A stretch of 64,000 bases of DNA from a virus (IMGVR_UViG_3300035422_000089:1-64000); one strand, 5' to 3'. Shown: positions 28,920-38,113, counted from the first letter of the stretch. Program-made: numbers and translations. Notes: generated by a model from the letters alone, not told the origin.

Positions 28920-29099
28920 ATGAAGAGCAATGTTGACTATATGAAGAAAATTGTAAAAGAGATGAAAAGTAAAGTTAATTTGTCTATTGTTAGCACGGAC
29001 TACGCAAAAGGATATTGTTATGCCTTACTAGATTATTTAATAGATAATGATGATGTCTATGATGACTTTGCCAGAACAATAGATGATGTATTCAATTAA
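28920..29099 (+). CDS. Hypothetical protein
   Basis: AAGGTGG SD before ATG 28920. Confidence 0.55.
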   Translation: MKSNVDYMKKIVKEMKSKVNLSIVSTDYAKGYCYALLDYLIDNDDVYDDFARTIDDVFN

Positions 29100-29174
29100 C
29101 GGATAAGATAAAAAATCTGTTTCATCGAAAGTTTGGAGGTGATATAAATAATTACAAGAGAAGTAGATATTGAA

Positions 29175-29393
29175 ATGAATCCACGAGAATTAGCTGAAGA
29201 ATTTTGGAACATGGACTCAGAACAGCAAGCGAAGTTCTTTAATGAATTAGCAAATATTATTGAAGAAAATCAAGGTAGAGGTGTAATGCAATTAGATTAC
29301 ATATCATTTGAGCCTTCATTGTATCCATATGGAGCAAGACTAATCAGTATGTTGGCTGAACGAGTAAAAGAAGGAAATAGAAAATCTAAATAA
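29175..29393 (+). CDS. Hypothetical protein
   Basis: ORF; frame is open further upstream to a strong GGAGGTGA SD. Confidence 0.6.
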   Translation: MNPRELAEEFWNMDSEQQAKFFNELANIIEENQGRGVMQLDYISFEPSLYPYGARLISMLAERVKEGNRKSK

Positions 29394-29396
29394 CAC

Positions 29397-29441
29397 GGAA
29401 AGGAATAAAGGTGCTGCAGCCGTGAGATGATCATACCTTTC
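29397..29441 (+). promoter_or_regulatory. Methyltransferase leader, variant E
   Basis: GAAAGG...AAAGGT-GCTGCAGC-CGTGAG-ATGATCAT-ACCTTTC. Confidence 0.65.
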
Positions 29442-29452
29442 TGGGTGAAGAA

Positions 29453-30253
29453 GTGAGTAATAATGTTAAACTATACTATGGAGACTGTCTAAATGTAATG
29501 GATAACATTACGGATAAATCCATTGATATGATACTGTGTGATTTACCATATGGGTGTACAGCTAGAAATAAATGGGATGTTATTATTCCGTTTGAGCAAT
29601 TATGGAAGCAATATCAAAGAATTATAAAGGATAATGGAGCAATTGTATTATTTGGGAAACAACCCTTTACTTCCATGATGATTATGAGTAATCCAAATAT
29701 GTACAAGTATAATCTTGTATGGAAAAAGAATTTAAAGACAGGAAATTTAAATGCGAGAAAAATGCCAATGGGTGCATTTGAGGACATTATGGTTTTTTAT
29801 AAAAAGAGTCCAGTATACAATCCTCAGCAAATTCCAAGAACATATCAAGTTCCAAGTGGTAACAAATTTAATTCTAAGACAACCAATTATGGGAAACAAA
29901 AAGAATTATATATTGATAGGCAAAATGAATGGTTAATGCCGGATGATGTTATTGATTATGAGGATGGGATATCTTTAGATGCGTTAGAATTAGAAAATGA
30001 AATGTTATACATAAAATGTGTGCACAATTCGTCAGGTAAATTACATCCAACTCAAAAACCTGTAGAATTATTGGAATGGTTAATAAAAACATATACCAAT
30101 GAAGGAGATATCGTTTTAGATAATGCAATGGGATCCGGATCTACTGGTGTTGCATGTATGAATGTAAATAGAAAATTTATAGGAATTGAATTGGAAGAAA
30201 AGTATTATCACATAGCATCTGAAAGATTATATTGCTGTAAGGATGGCGTCTGA
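29453..30253 (+). CDS. Beta-class N4C/N6A DNA methyltransferase
   Basis: CDLPYG, HPTQKP, VLDNAMGSGSTG. Confidence 0.9.
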   Translation: MSNNVKLYYGDCLNVMDNITDKSIDMILCDLPYGCTARNKWDVIIPFEQLWKQYQRIIKDNGAIVLFGKQPFTSMMIMSNPNMYKYNLVWKKNLKTGNLNARKMPMGAFEDIMVFYKKSPVYNPQQIPRTYQVPSGNKFNSKTTNYGKQKELYIDRQNEWLMPDDVIDYEDGISLDALELENEMLYIKCVHNSSGKLHPTQKPVELLEWLIKTYTNEGDIVLDNAMGSGSTGVACMNVNRKFIGIELEEKYYHIASERLYCCKDGV

Positions 30254-31020
30254 TATGAAGGATATCGAATTATGGCAAGGTGATTGTCTTGAATTGATGA
30301 AGAATATTCCTGATAAATCTGTGGATATGGTTTTGACGGATTTACCATATGGAACGACTCAGGCGAAGTGGGATACGATAATTCCGTTTGAACCAATGTG
30401 GAGTCAAATAAACAGAGTTATTAAGGACAATGGTGCAATACTTTTATTTAGCAGTCAACCATTTACTTCAGCTTTAATCATGAGCAATCCAAAGATGTTT
30501 AAATATGAATGGATATGGCATAAAACACACCCAAAAGGACATTTGAATGCTAAGAAAATGCCAATGAGGGCACATGAAAATATAGAAGTATTCTATAAGA
30601 AACCGCCTACATATAATCCACAAATGACTCATGGACATAAAAGGAAAGTAGCAAAAACAAATTATATCAGAGAAGCAGATGGAGATAGCTGTTATGGCAG
30701 AGAAGTAAGAAATACTTCCTATAATAGCACAGATAGATATCCTCTTGATATTCAAATCTTTAGTAATGCAGATCAATCCAATAAAATCCACAATACCCAA
30801 AAACCAGTAGAGCTATATAGATATTTTATGAGAACATATACGAATGAGGGGGGAGACAGTGCTTGACTTCTCTGCTGGAAGTATGACATGTGCGATTGCT
30901 GGTATTGATGAAAATAGAAAAGTTATTTGTATTGAGAAAGATGAAAAAATATTTGGACTGGGGAAGAATAGAGTGATAAAGCATCAAAAAGAGAAAGGAA
31001 CGGATTTATGTATAAAGTAG
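30243..31020 (+). pseudogene. Beta-class DNA methyltransferase with +1 frameshift in G6 tract (30848-53)
   Basis: TDLPYG and HNTQKP; motif I (VLDFSAGS) continues in the +1 frame to TAG 31018-20. Confidence 0.8.
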
Positions 31021-31211
31021 ATTACTATACATTCGCAAGATGTGGTGATGATTCTATAGGGAATATCCTGCAATATTCTGATACATGGTATACAGAGAAT
31101 TTTATAGAAGATATACCGAAGGCACTAGCGCATGTTGTTGATGCAAGAAAAGGAGCTGGAAAGTATATTCCAGTAATCAAAAATATAGAAAATATTAAAG
31201 GTCATTTGTAA
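31008..31211 (+). CDS. Hypothetical protein
   Basis: AAAGGA SD. Confidence 0.55.
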   Translation: MYKVDYYTFARCGDDSIGNILQYSDTWYTENFIEDIPKALAHVVDARKGAGKYIPVIKNIENIKGHL

Positions 31212-31417
31212 TTTAGTAAATATAGGGGAAATGGCTTATGTTTGAACCTTTTAGATGTGAAGATTGTATTTATGGTGAATATCTTCCACAAGATTGCGAA
31301 TGGGATTGCTCATTAGGATGTTGGTCGAGTAAAGAGTGTGAAGATAATTATGAAGATGATGAAAGAATTTGATTTTTAGAAACAGAATGAAAAGCCAATT
31401 TCAAAGCAAGAAAATAA

Positions 31418-31439
31418 GACAGTCCAGAAACTGCCTTAC
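31418..31439 (-). terminator. Intrinsic terminator of the minus-strand peptide gene
   Basis: Minus strand AAGGCAGT-TTCTGG-ACTGTCTT followed by ATTTTCTT; the G-U pair works only on the minus strand. Confidence 0.6.
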
Positions 31440-31453
31440 TCTCTTAATGAACA

Positions 31454-31618
31454 CTACTTCTTATGTTTCTTTTTTTTTGACTTTGTGTTAATCTCAAATT
31501 TTTTACATTTAATATGTAAATTCTTGAGCACAAAGCCACTTACTAACACCAAAATTGTTATTGATAAAACAATACAAGTAGGTGTCTGAAAAAGTTGAAT
31601 AATATATAAAATGTTCAT
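31454..31618 (-). CDS. 54-aa membrane peptide, type I toxin-like (not in track)
   Basis: MNILYIIQLFQTPTCIVLSITILVLVSGFVLKNLHIKCKKFEINTKSKKKKHKK; GGAGG SD inside a 10-bp hairpin 31620-43. Confidence 0.7.
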   Translation of the reverse strand: MNILYIIQLFQTPTCIVLSITILVLVSGFVLKNLHIKCKKFEINTKSKKKKHKK

Positions 31619-31657
31619 ATATTCCTCCATTTCTGGAGGAATAGGGAAATATAAGAT

Positions 31658-31686
31658 ATTGTAGCATATAAAATTAGAATAGTAAA
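31658..31686 (-). promoter_or_regulatory. SigmaA promoter for the peptide gene
   Basis: TTTACT, 17 nt, TACAAT with extended TG. Confidence 0.6.
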
Positions 31687-31728
31687 TAGGAACAATAAAA
31701 ATTTTGTTTTAAGTAAGAAAAAATAGTA

Positions 31729-31787
31729 AAAGGATACGAATGTTCACTAGTGAGTAAAGCTGCGCAGCTACTAAGTAATGGTGAACA
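31729..31787 (+). promoter_or_regulatory. Methyltransferase leader, family 2 copy G
   Basis: 57/59 identical to 20532..20590. Confidence 0.8.
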
Positions 31788-31788
31788 G

Positions 31789-32328
31789 TTGGGATTAAAC
31801 ATAGGATATTTAACATCTGATAAAGAAGATAATGAACTTTATTCACCTTATTACATAGTAGATCATATTGTTAAGTATTTGCCAAAAGACAAGATTATTT
31901 GGTGCCCGTTTGATTGTGAATGGTCAGCATTTTATCAGAGGTTAAAAGAATTAGGATATAAAGTAGCAAGAAGTTCTCTACAAGAAGGTCAAGACTTTTT
32001 CGAGTTTGAACCTGATGAGTGGGATATTATTGTAAGCAATCCACCATTTTCATTAAAGGATAAAGTGTTGGAAAGATTGTATTCATTTAATAAACCATTT
32101 GCAATTTTATTACCATTAAATTCCTTGCAAGGTAAAACAAGGTACAAATATTTCAAACAAGGTATTCAATTATTAAGTTTTGATGCAAGAGTTTGTTATC
32201 ATGACAAGGGGCATATGGAGAATGTAGTAAAAGGAAGTCCATTTGCAACAGCTTATTTTTGTAGAGATTTGTTGCCAAAAGATTTGATTATAGAAAAGTT
32301 ACTTGAATATGAAAGAAATTTAAAATAA
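31789..32328 (+). CDS. Small N6-adenine DNA methyltransferase
   Basis: IWCPFD and IVSNPPF; TTG 31789 preferred because track start 31750 lies within the repeated leader. Confidence 0.8.
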   Translation: MGLNIGYLTSDKEDNELYSPYYIVDHIVKYLPKDKIIWCPFDCEWSAFYQRLKELGYKVARSSLQEGQDFFEFEPDEWDIIVSNPPFSLKDKVLERLYSFNKPFAILLPLNSLQGKTRYKYFKQGIQLLSFDARVCYHDKGHMENVVKGSPFATAYFCRDLLPKDLIIEKLLEYERNLK

Positions 32329-32332
32329 TAAA

Positions 32333-32378
32333 CAGGAGGAAATGAGGTTTCTGCGCAGAATAAATCCGGATTTACTCC
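32333..32378 (+). promoter_or_regulatory. Methyltransferase leader, family 1 copy C
   Basis: GGAGGAAATGAGGT-TTCTGCGCAGAA-TAAATCCGGATTTA-CTCC. Confidence 0.8.
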
Positions 32379-32387
32379 TAATAAAGA

Positions 32388-33269
32388 ATGGAATATCAAA
32401 AGAAAATTAAGTGTGAACTTTACAGAGACAGTATGCAAAATTATAAAAAGTACGCAATTCCACCTGCTCAGTTAATCATAGCAGATGTTCCCTATAATGT
32501 GGGTAACAATTTTTATGGTTCAAATCCGATGTGGTACAACGGAGGAGACAACAAAAAAGGTGAAAGTAAATTAGCTGGTAAAGCAGCTTTCAATTCTGAT
32601 TTTAATTTTAATCTATATGAATATTTTCATTTTTGTTCCAAGATGCTTAAAAAAGATGATACTAGGCCTGTTCCGAGAGGACGCAGTAGTGACTCACCTT
32701 GTATGATTGTATTTTGTTCATTTGAACAAATTCAGACTCTTATAAAAGCAGCAGAGAAGCATGGATTTGTTCATTACATTCCGCTGATCTTTTGTAAGAA
32801 TTATAGTCCACAGGTGCTTAAAGCGAATATGCGTGTTGTAGGAGCCGCTGAGTATGCACTTCTGTTATACAGAGATAAATTGCCTAAATTCAGAAATGGA
32901 CTTCAAATTGACGAGAATGGCAAGAATATTCCAGGAACAGGACATATGATCTTTAACTGGTTTGATGGTGGCGATGAGGATGAGTGGGGAAGAACTTATC
33001 ATAGCAACAGTACATATATGATGTGGGAAAAAGATAAGGGGAAAGAGATACCTAAGATTCATCCAGCTCAGAAGCCAGTAGCAGTTCTGAAACGATTGAT
33101 TGAAATATTTACTGATCCTGGTGATGTAGTTATTGATCCGTGTGCAGGTTCTGGTACAACACTAAGAGCAGCTTATGAACTTGGCAGAAGTGCTTTCGGT
33201 TTTGAAATTGACCGTAATTTCTACCAGAGAGCAAAAGATGAAATGTTGAATTTTGCAAAAGAAGAGTAG
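32388..33269 (+). CDS. Beta-class N4C/N6A DNA methyltransferase
   Basis: ADVPYN, HPAQKP, VIDPCAGSGTT. Confidence 0.88.
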   Translation: MEYQKKIKCELYRDSMQNYKKYAIPPAQLIIADVPYNVGNNFYGSNPMWYNGGDNKKGESKLAGKAAFNSDFNFNLYEYFHFCSKMLKKDDTRPVPRGRSSDSPCMIVFCSFEQIQTLIKAAEKHGFVHYIPLIFCKNYSPQVLKANMRVVGAAEYALLLYRDKLPKFRNGLQIDENGKNIPGTGHMIFNWFDGGDEDEWGRTYHSNSTYMMWEKDKGKEIPKIHPAQKPVAVLKRLIEIFTDPGDVVIDPCAGSGTTLRAAYELGRSAFGFEIDRNFYQRAKDEMLNFAKEE

Positions 33270-33300
33270 ATACATATAGATTTAAAACATCGGTTTCAAA

Positions 33301-33460
33301 GGGAATCATCAACTCATAATTGATGGTTTCAATTCGGGAGATAGTTGCCTTACCAATTCTAACGACTCCCTAAAAACGGTAGGAATGGCGTTTACGACAG
33401 GCGGTAGTACAGATCCTTCCTTGTACGATAACAAGGGCAAACTACACTGAAGAATAGAAA
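33301..33460 (+). ncRNA. Candidate structured RNA (anticodon-like hairpin plus possible pseudoknot)
   Basis: 11-bp stem 33302-12/33320-30 with loop CTCATAA; GGGAG/CTCCC stem whose loop CTTACC can pair with downstream GGTAGG; CCTTGT/ACAAGG. Confidence 0.35.
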
Positions 33461-33474
33461 AGGAGAAAAATACT

Positions 33475-33963
33475 TTGGGAAGTTTCAGTTGGCTGAAAGC
33501 AGATGATTTAACAAATATTGAAAATATTGCATATGGAGCATCTTTTAAATTTCTTATACCAAAGGAATTTGGTGGCGGATTTATCAAAGATAAATATCAG
33601 GATTATGGATATCTTGGTAGAAAAGATGATGGTACTCCCAAATACGATATGTATGAATTATTGGCATTTTGGAATAGCGATATGCCTTATGGTTTGGGAA
33701 CGGTTAAAAATAGATTATATTATGGTGATGATATAGAAGAAATAACTGAATTGCCAATGATGAAAGAGATTGATGAACATACAGATAAAAACAGAAAAAT
33801 GGGTATAAGTATCGGATGCTATAACGATGAAATTGATAAATTAAAATATCCTCTAAAATTAGTGTCACCTTCTTTTAAGGGGTGTTATGAGGATTTAAGC
33901 AAGCCTAGTTATAACGATCCTAATCAGGGATTTGGAAGTACAAGAAGAAAAAAGAACTGCTGA
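33475..33963 (+). CDS. Hypothetical protein
   Basis: TTG start with AAGGAG SD. Confidence 0.7.
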   Translation: MGSFSWLKADDLTNIENIAYGASFKFLIPKEFGGGFIKDKYQDYGYLGRKDDGTPKYDMYELLAFWNSDMPYGLGTVKNRLYYGDDIEEITELPMMKEIDEHTDKNRKMGISIGCYNDEIDKLKYPLKLVSPSFKGCYEDLSKPSYNDPNQGFGSTRRKKNC

Positions 33964-34010
33964 ATTTTTCATTTCGAAACTATTTAAAAATAATTAAAAA
34001 GGAGAATGTT

Positions 34011-34238
34011 ATGAATCGAGAAACACTTAAGTTTGCAAATGAATTAACAAGATCAATTGATGTTTTAGATGATTTACATTGTATTATGTGTGCTCCTTAT
34101 CCACAATTTTCAGGACATGATAAAAATGTTAATTCAGTAGCGTTTGATAAAGAAACTTTAAAAAGATTAAAAGTAGTTATCGCAGAATTTATTGAAGGAA
34201 GAAGAAAAGAATTACAAGAAGAATTTAAACAATTATAG
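34011..34238 (+). CDS. Hypothetical protein
   Basis: AAGGAG SD. Confidence 0.6.
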   Translation: MNRETLKFANELTRSIDVLDDLHCIMCAPYPQFSGHDKNVNSVAFDKETLKRLKVVIAEFIEGRRKELQEEFKQL

Positions 34239-34278
34239 TACGAGAAAACAACTCTTTCATTGACAGATTGGAGGATTT

Positions 34279-34674
34279 ATGAATTGTAAAACATGTAAAA
34301 ATTATATAGGCGATTGTGGACATCATCATATAGATATTGATAATCATACTAATTTTGATATTCCGGCAGAATCAGCCACAGATAAGTGTGGTGAGTGTTA
34401 TTTTTATAAAGAAAGCAGAGATGATTTTCAAGTAGCATGGGATTATTTAAATTCATTAGTTGCCATTAGAAAATTTAGTTTTCATGAAGCCGAAAGTATA
34501 AAGAATAGAATTAATGAGATGTATAGTGATATTAAAGATTTGATTGGATATTTGTTTTCTGCATTAGAAGATGAAGGATGCGAACCTTGGGAAATAGAAG
34601 AATGTGTAAATATAGCAAATAAATATGAATATACAAAGGAAGATTATCAAAATTATTTGAGGACGATTTGTTGA
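34279..34674 (+). CDS. Hypothetical protein, N-terminal Cys motif
   Basis: GGAGG SD; CKTC. Confidence 0.65.
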   Translation: MNCKTCKNYIGDCGHHHIDIDNHTNFDIPAESATDKCGECYFYKESRDDFQVAWDYLNSLVAIRKFSFHEAESIKNRINEMYSDIKDLIGYLFSALEDEGCEPWEIEECVNIANKYEYTKEDYQNYLRTIC

Positions 34675-34705
34675 AATTTTGCTTTTATTGGATAGAGGAA
34701 AGTAT

Positions 34706-35011
34706 ATGGAAGATTTGAAAGGATGGATTCGACCGTCCGATAAACTACCAGAAAAAAGTTATTGTCGAAAATTTTTGGTGATTGTAAAAAATAAAGAAGA
34801 AAATATGAATTGTTTATGCCCATATCAAATTATGTTGGCTGAATGGAGTGGTTTTGTTAAAGTAGGTGATTCTTTTTCATGTTGGAGTAATTCTCATTTA
34901 GATGATAAATCACCATATAATTTTTCAATTCCAATTCCTATGGAACGAGTTATGTATTGGCGACCATTTCCTGAAGTTCCAGATGATATAAAAAATAGAG
35001 TATGGTCTTAA
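34706..35011 (+). CDS. DUF551-like protein
   Basis: WIRPSDKLPE...VMYWRPFPEVP. Confidence 0.55.
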   Translation: MEDLKGWIRPSDKLPEKSYCRKFLVIVKNKEENMNCLCPYQIMLAEWSGFVKVGDSFSCWSNSHLDDKSPYNFSIPIPMERVMYWRPFPEVPDDIKNRVWS

Positions 35012-35047
35012 ATCCAGAGTTTCAAGGAAGGAATTGAGGTGATATAG

Positions 35048-35842
35048 TTGTTATTTTGGATACAAAAAGAATTGAATAATAAAATTGATATTGACGCTAC
35101 CATTCTTCAGGAAGAACTTGATAAGCAAAAATTTAACCATTTGTATGACATCGGAACTATGAAAGATTATAAGTGTATTTTGAATACCAATATGATTGAA
35201 AAAGAAAATTTGGAGAAAGTAGTTCCTGTAGGTAGTCTTGATTTTGTACAGATGATTCTTTCGAGAATACATAATGTCAATCATATGAACCCAATAGAAG
35301 TTCCAGATGTTCTTAGAGAAGATAGATTTTTAAAACGTAAATATTCTATTGTACCTAAAAATCAACTTCCCAATAAGGGATATTATTTCACAAAATATGT
35401 TTCAAAACTGAAAGTATTTAGTCATACAGGAATGATAGAGACTTTGCAATATACAGATGAGGGTAAGGAACCTTTTCTAAAAGAGGGGTTATATCAAGTG
35501 TCAGAAGTGGTGGATGTTTTATCTGAGTATCGTTGCTTTGTACAGAATGATAAGCTGGTTGCTATAAATTATTATGATGGAGACTGTACTGTATTCCCAG
35601 ATGTCACAGAAATAAAGTCTATGATTGGGAATTATATGAGAGATCAAGATAGACCAAAAGCATATACAATGGATATTGCTGTGATTCGTGATAGAGGTAC
35701 TGCAATTTTAGAAGTGCATCCGTGGGTAAGCGTTGGATTATATGGGTATATGTTTGGCAGTTCTCTTCCATATTGTTACAGAGATGGATTTGAATATTAT
35801 ATCAATTCCAATAAAGAAATAAGTGAATGGAGCAACTTCTGA
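35048..35842 (+). CDS. ATP-grasp protein (DUF4343/R2K-like)
   Basis: SEYRCFV, YTMDIAV and ILEVHPWVSVGLYG. Confidence 0.7.
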   Translation: MLFWIQKELNNKIDIDATILQEELDKQKFNHLYDIGTMKDYKCILNTNMIEKENLEKVVPVGSLDFVQMILSRIHNVNHMNPIEVPDVLREDRFLKRKYSIVPKNQLPNKGYYFTKYVSKLKVFSHTGMIETLQYTDEGKEPFLKEGLYQVSEVVDVLSEYRCFVQNDKLVAINYYDGDCTVFPDVTEIKSMIGNYMRDQDRPKAYTMDIAVIRDRGTAILEVHPWVSVGLYGYMFGSSLPYCYRDGFEYYINSNKEISEWSNF

Positions 35843-36114
35843 TGGATAACGAATATACCAGAAAAGAAAAGGTATGTCCTCTGATTAGTGACTACTGCAA
35901 TGAAGAACTCAAAAATTGTGATAGGTGTATAGTTGAAGAATATGCTTGGCAGCGTCTACAGTGTTACATAGATTGCCATAACTATGATTGGACATTTGAC
36001 AGGATCAAACATGATTATCAGAGGTATTACCTGAATGGTGCTTATTGTAGTCATACGCTTATGGATATTATAGAGAATAATGAGAATGACTGTAAAATAT
36101 TGTTTGGATTGTAG
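35827..36114 (+). CDS. Hypothetical protein
   Basis: ORF overlapping the previous stop. Confidence 0.55.
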   Translation: MEQLLMDNEYTRKEKVCPLISDYCNEELKNCDRCIVEEYAWQRLQCYIDCHNYDWTFDRIKHDYQRYYLNGAYCSHTLMDIIENNENDCKILFGL

Positions 36115-36251
36115 AAGTAGATGTTAGAACTTGAAAAATTAAAACAGTTGATTGTGGAACCATGTCATTAGATGATTTTGAAGAATTTACAGAAGAGAGT
36201 ATAGATGACATTATTGATTTTATTAAGAAGAAAGTGGAGTGCAAATAGTAA

Positions 36252-36509
36252 ATGGATAAATTAGAAAAAATTGAAAAGAAATGTATTGAATTGAAGCATA
36301 ATTTTTTCTGTGATAATTGTGGAAAGTCACTTGGGTCTACAGTTGAATTAGAAGATGGATATTATCCAGAATTAGGAGAATTTGAGTTATCTTTTAATCT
36401 TGATGGATGGTATAAAGTAAAAGCTCATTTTTGCGATAAATGCAGAAAAGAGTTTATTGAGTCGTTAAAAGAGAAATTAATAAATATGGGATTCAAAAAA
36501 GATAATTAG
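36252..36509 (+). CDS. Hypothetical zinc-ribbon protein
   Basis: CDNC and CDKC. Confidence 0.6.
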   Translation: MDKLEKIEKKCIELKHNFFCDNCGKSLGSTVELEDGYYPELGEFELSFNLDGWYKVKAHFCDKCRKEFIESLKEKLINMGFKKDN

Positions 36510-36547
36510 ACTTGAAAGGTTAAATTTATGGCATAAAAGGAGAAAAT

Positions 36548-36808
36548 ATGAAAGAAAGATATGCATTTATATTTGATTATGACGGTGGCTGGATGATTCT
36601 TTTGTATGAAGACGGAATTAATACGAAATATTTCAATTCATCAGAAAATGGATGGGATAATTCATTAGATTATATGAATCTATTTATTGAAAATGGTGGA
36701 AAGAAATATTATTACATGCTCCCATCGTACGATCTTGTCAAAGATATTGATGTATTTGAACTTGAGAATCGTCCAATTGAGTCTTTAGAAAATTATTTAT
36801 TGAAATAA
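36548..36808 (+). CDS. Hypothetical protein
   Basis: AAGGAG SD. Confidence 0.6.
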   Translation: MKERYAFIFDYDGGWMILLYEDGINTKYFNSSENGWDNSLDYMNLFIENGGKKYYYMLPSYDLVKDIDVFELENRPIESLENYLLK

Positions 36809-36837
36809 TTGATAAAATCTTGGTTTCATTTGGAGGT

Positions 36838-37092
36838 ATGTATTTGAAAGATTATTTAGTAACAAGCGATTATGGACAATGGGACAATATTTTTATTGTA
36901 CTGGCAAAGGATGCCAAAGATGCTATTGAGCAGGTATATCAATCATATGTTATTCCGATGAATGAAGATATTAAAAGGAAAAACAAAGAAGTAGGATATA
37001 ATTCTTATCGAATTTGTTTGAAAAACGAATTACACGCAAAAAGTATTGGCAGTTTACACAATGAAAATGGAAAGATTATTCGAGTAAATTAA
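36838..37092 (+). CDS. Hypothetical protein
   Basis: GGAGGT SD; start 36838 or 36844. Confidence 0.6.
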   Translation: MYLKDYLVTSDYGQWDNIFIVLAKDAKDAIEQVYQSYVIPMNEDIKRKNKEVGYNSYRICLKNELHAKSIGSLHNENGKIIRVN

Positions 37093-37114
37093 GAAAGGAT
37101 TTTAGAAGATTAGT

Positions 37115-37516
37115 ATGACATCAAATATTCAGCAATATGAAGAAGATATGAGTGATCTTGTGGCATATCGGAAGTTAGGAACCATTGAAGAATTATCTAA
37201 AAGAGTGAATGAAGAAGATATGTTAAAGTTTTACTATTGTGAATCTGAAGACTTATATTTAGTAGGACAGAGACACGACACAATGTATTATGGAAAAGTT
37301 GATAAATCAGGAATTACATTCTTTATGTCAAGATATTTACCTTGGGGGAAGCGTATAGAAGATGAAAATTCTGTATGGAATGGATATACATATCCGAGTG
37401 AACCGAAAGAGATTTCTTTTGTAGAATGGCTAACTGGATACATGAAACAAATTGCCATAGTAGAATTTGCAGATGATATTGATAAAGAATTACTTATAAA
37501 CGGAAAGTCTGTATGA
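37115..37516 (+). CDS. Hypothetical protein
   Basis: ORF on the coding strand. Confidence 0.65.
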   Translation: MTSNIQQYEEDMSDLVAYRKLGTIEELSKRVNEEDMLKFYYCESEDLYLVGQRHDTMYYGKVDKSGITFFMSRYLPWGKRIEDENSVWNGYTYPSEPKEISFVEWLTGYMKQIAIVEFADDIDKELLINGKSV

Positions 37517-37603
37517 TGTCATGAGAATTTATACCCTTATGATGTTTTAAAAGCGTTGGATGATTATGGAGTTATAAGTTTTAAAGGAAGGAAGAAGTGA
37601 TAA

Positions 37604-38092
37604 ATGAAACTACCTAAAGGTGTAAATCCTAAATATGGCATATTCACAATGGATAGAGATTTCGCTGGTAAAATTATAGATCAATATGCAAAAGTCAATG
37701 TGCTAAAGAGAGTGAAATCTGAAAATGAGGACTGCGCCATTATGAAAAACGGAACACAATTTAAATGGATAAAACCAAATGATAACGCTCGTGGAAATAA
37801 ATGCTCTGCTGGTATCATTGATTTAGCAACGTGCAGTTTTGATTTCGTAAGAGAATGGATTCCAAGTATTTGTATTTTTGCTGAGAAATCGGATTATATT
37901 TTCAAAGACAGTGAATTTGGGATAGAAACAAAACCATATGACTTACATACTGTGATTGACAGATTGGAGAAAGCAGAAGTATTACTTGGTAATGTTGAAA
38001 ACCTTGGATTTTATGATATGGAATATGGATGGCAAACATTAGCCGATTTGGAGATTAATCATAAAGAAATATCATTTGGTTCGTATTGCTGA
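37604..38092 (+). CDS. Hypothetical protein
   Basis: ORF on the coding strand. Confidence 0.65.
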   Translation: MKLPKGVNPKYGIFTMDRDFAGKIIDQYAKVNVLKRVKSENEDCAIMKNGTQFKWIKPNDNARGNKCSAGIIDLATCSFDFVREWIPSICIFAEKSDYIFKDSEFGIETKPYDLHTVIDRLEKAEVLLGNVENLGFYDMEYGWQTLADLEINHKEISFGSYC

Positions 38093-38113
38093 GAAGAAAG
38101 GAAAATTTAGTAA

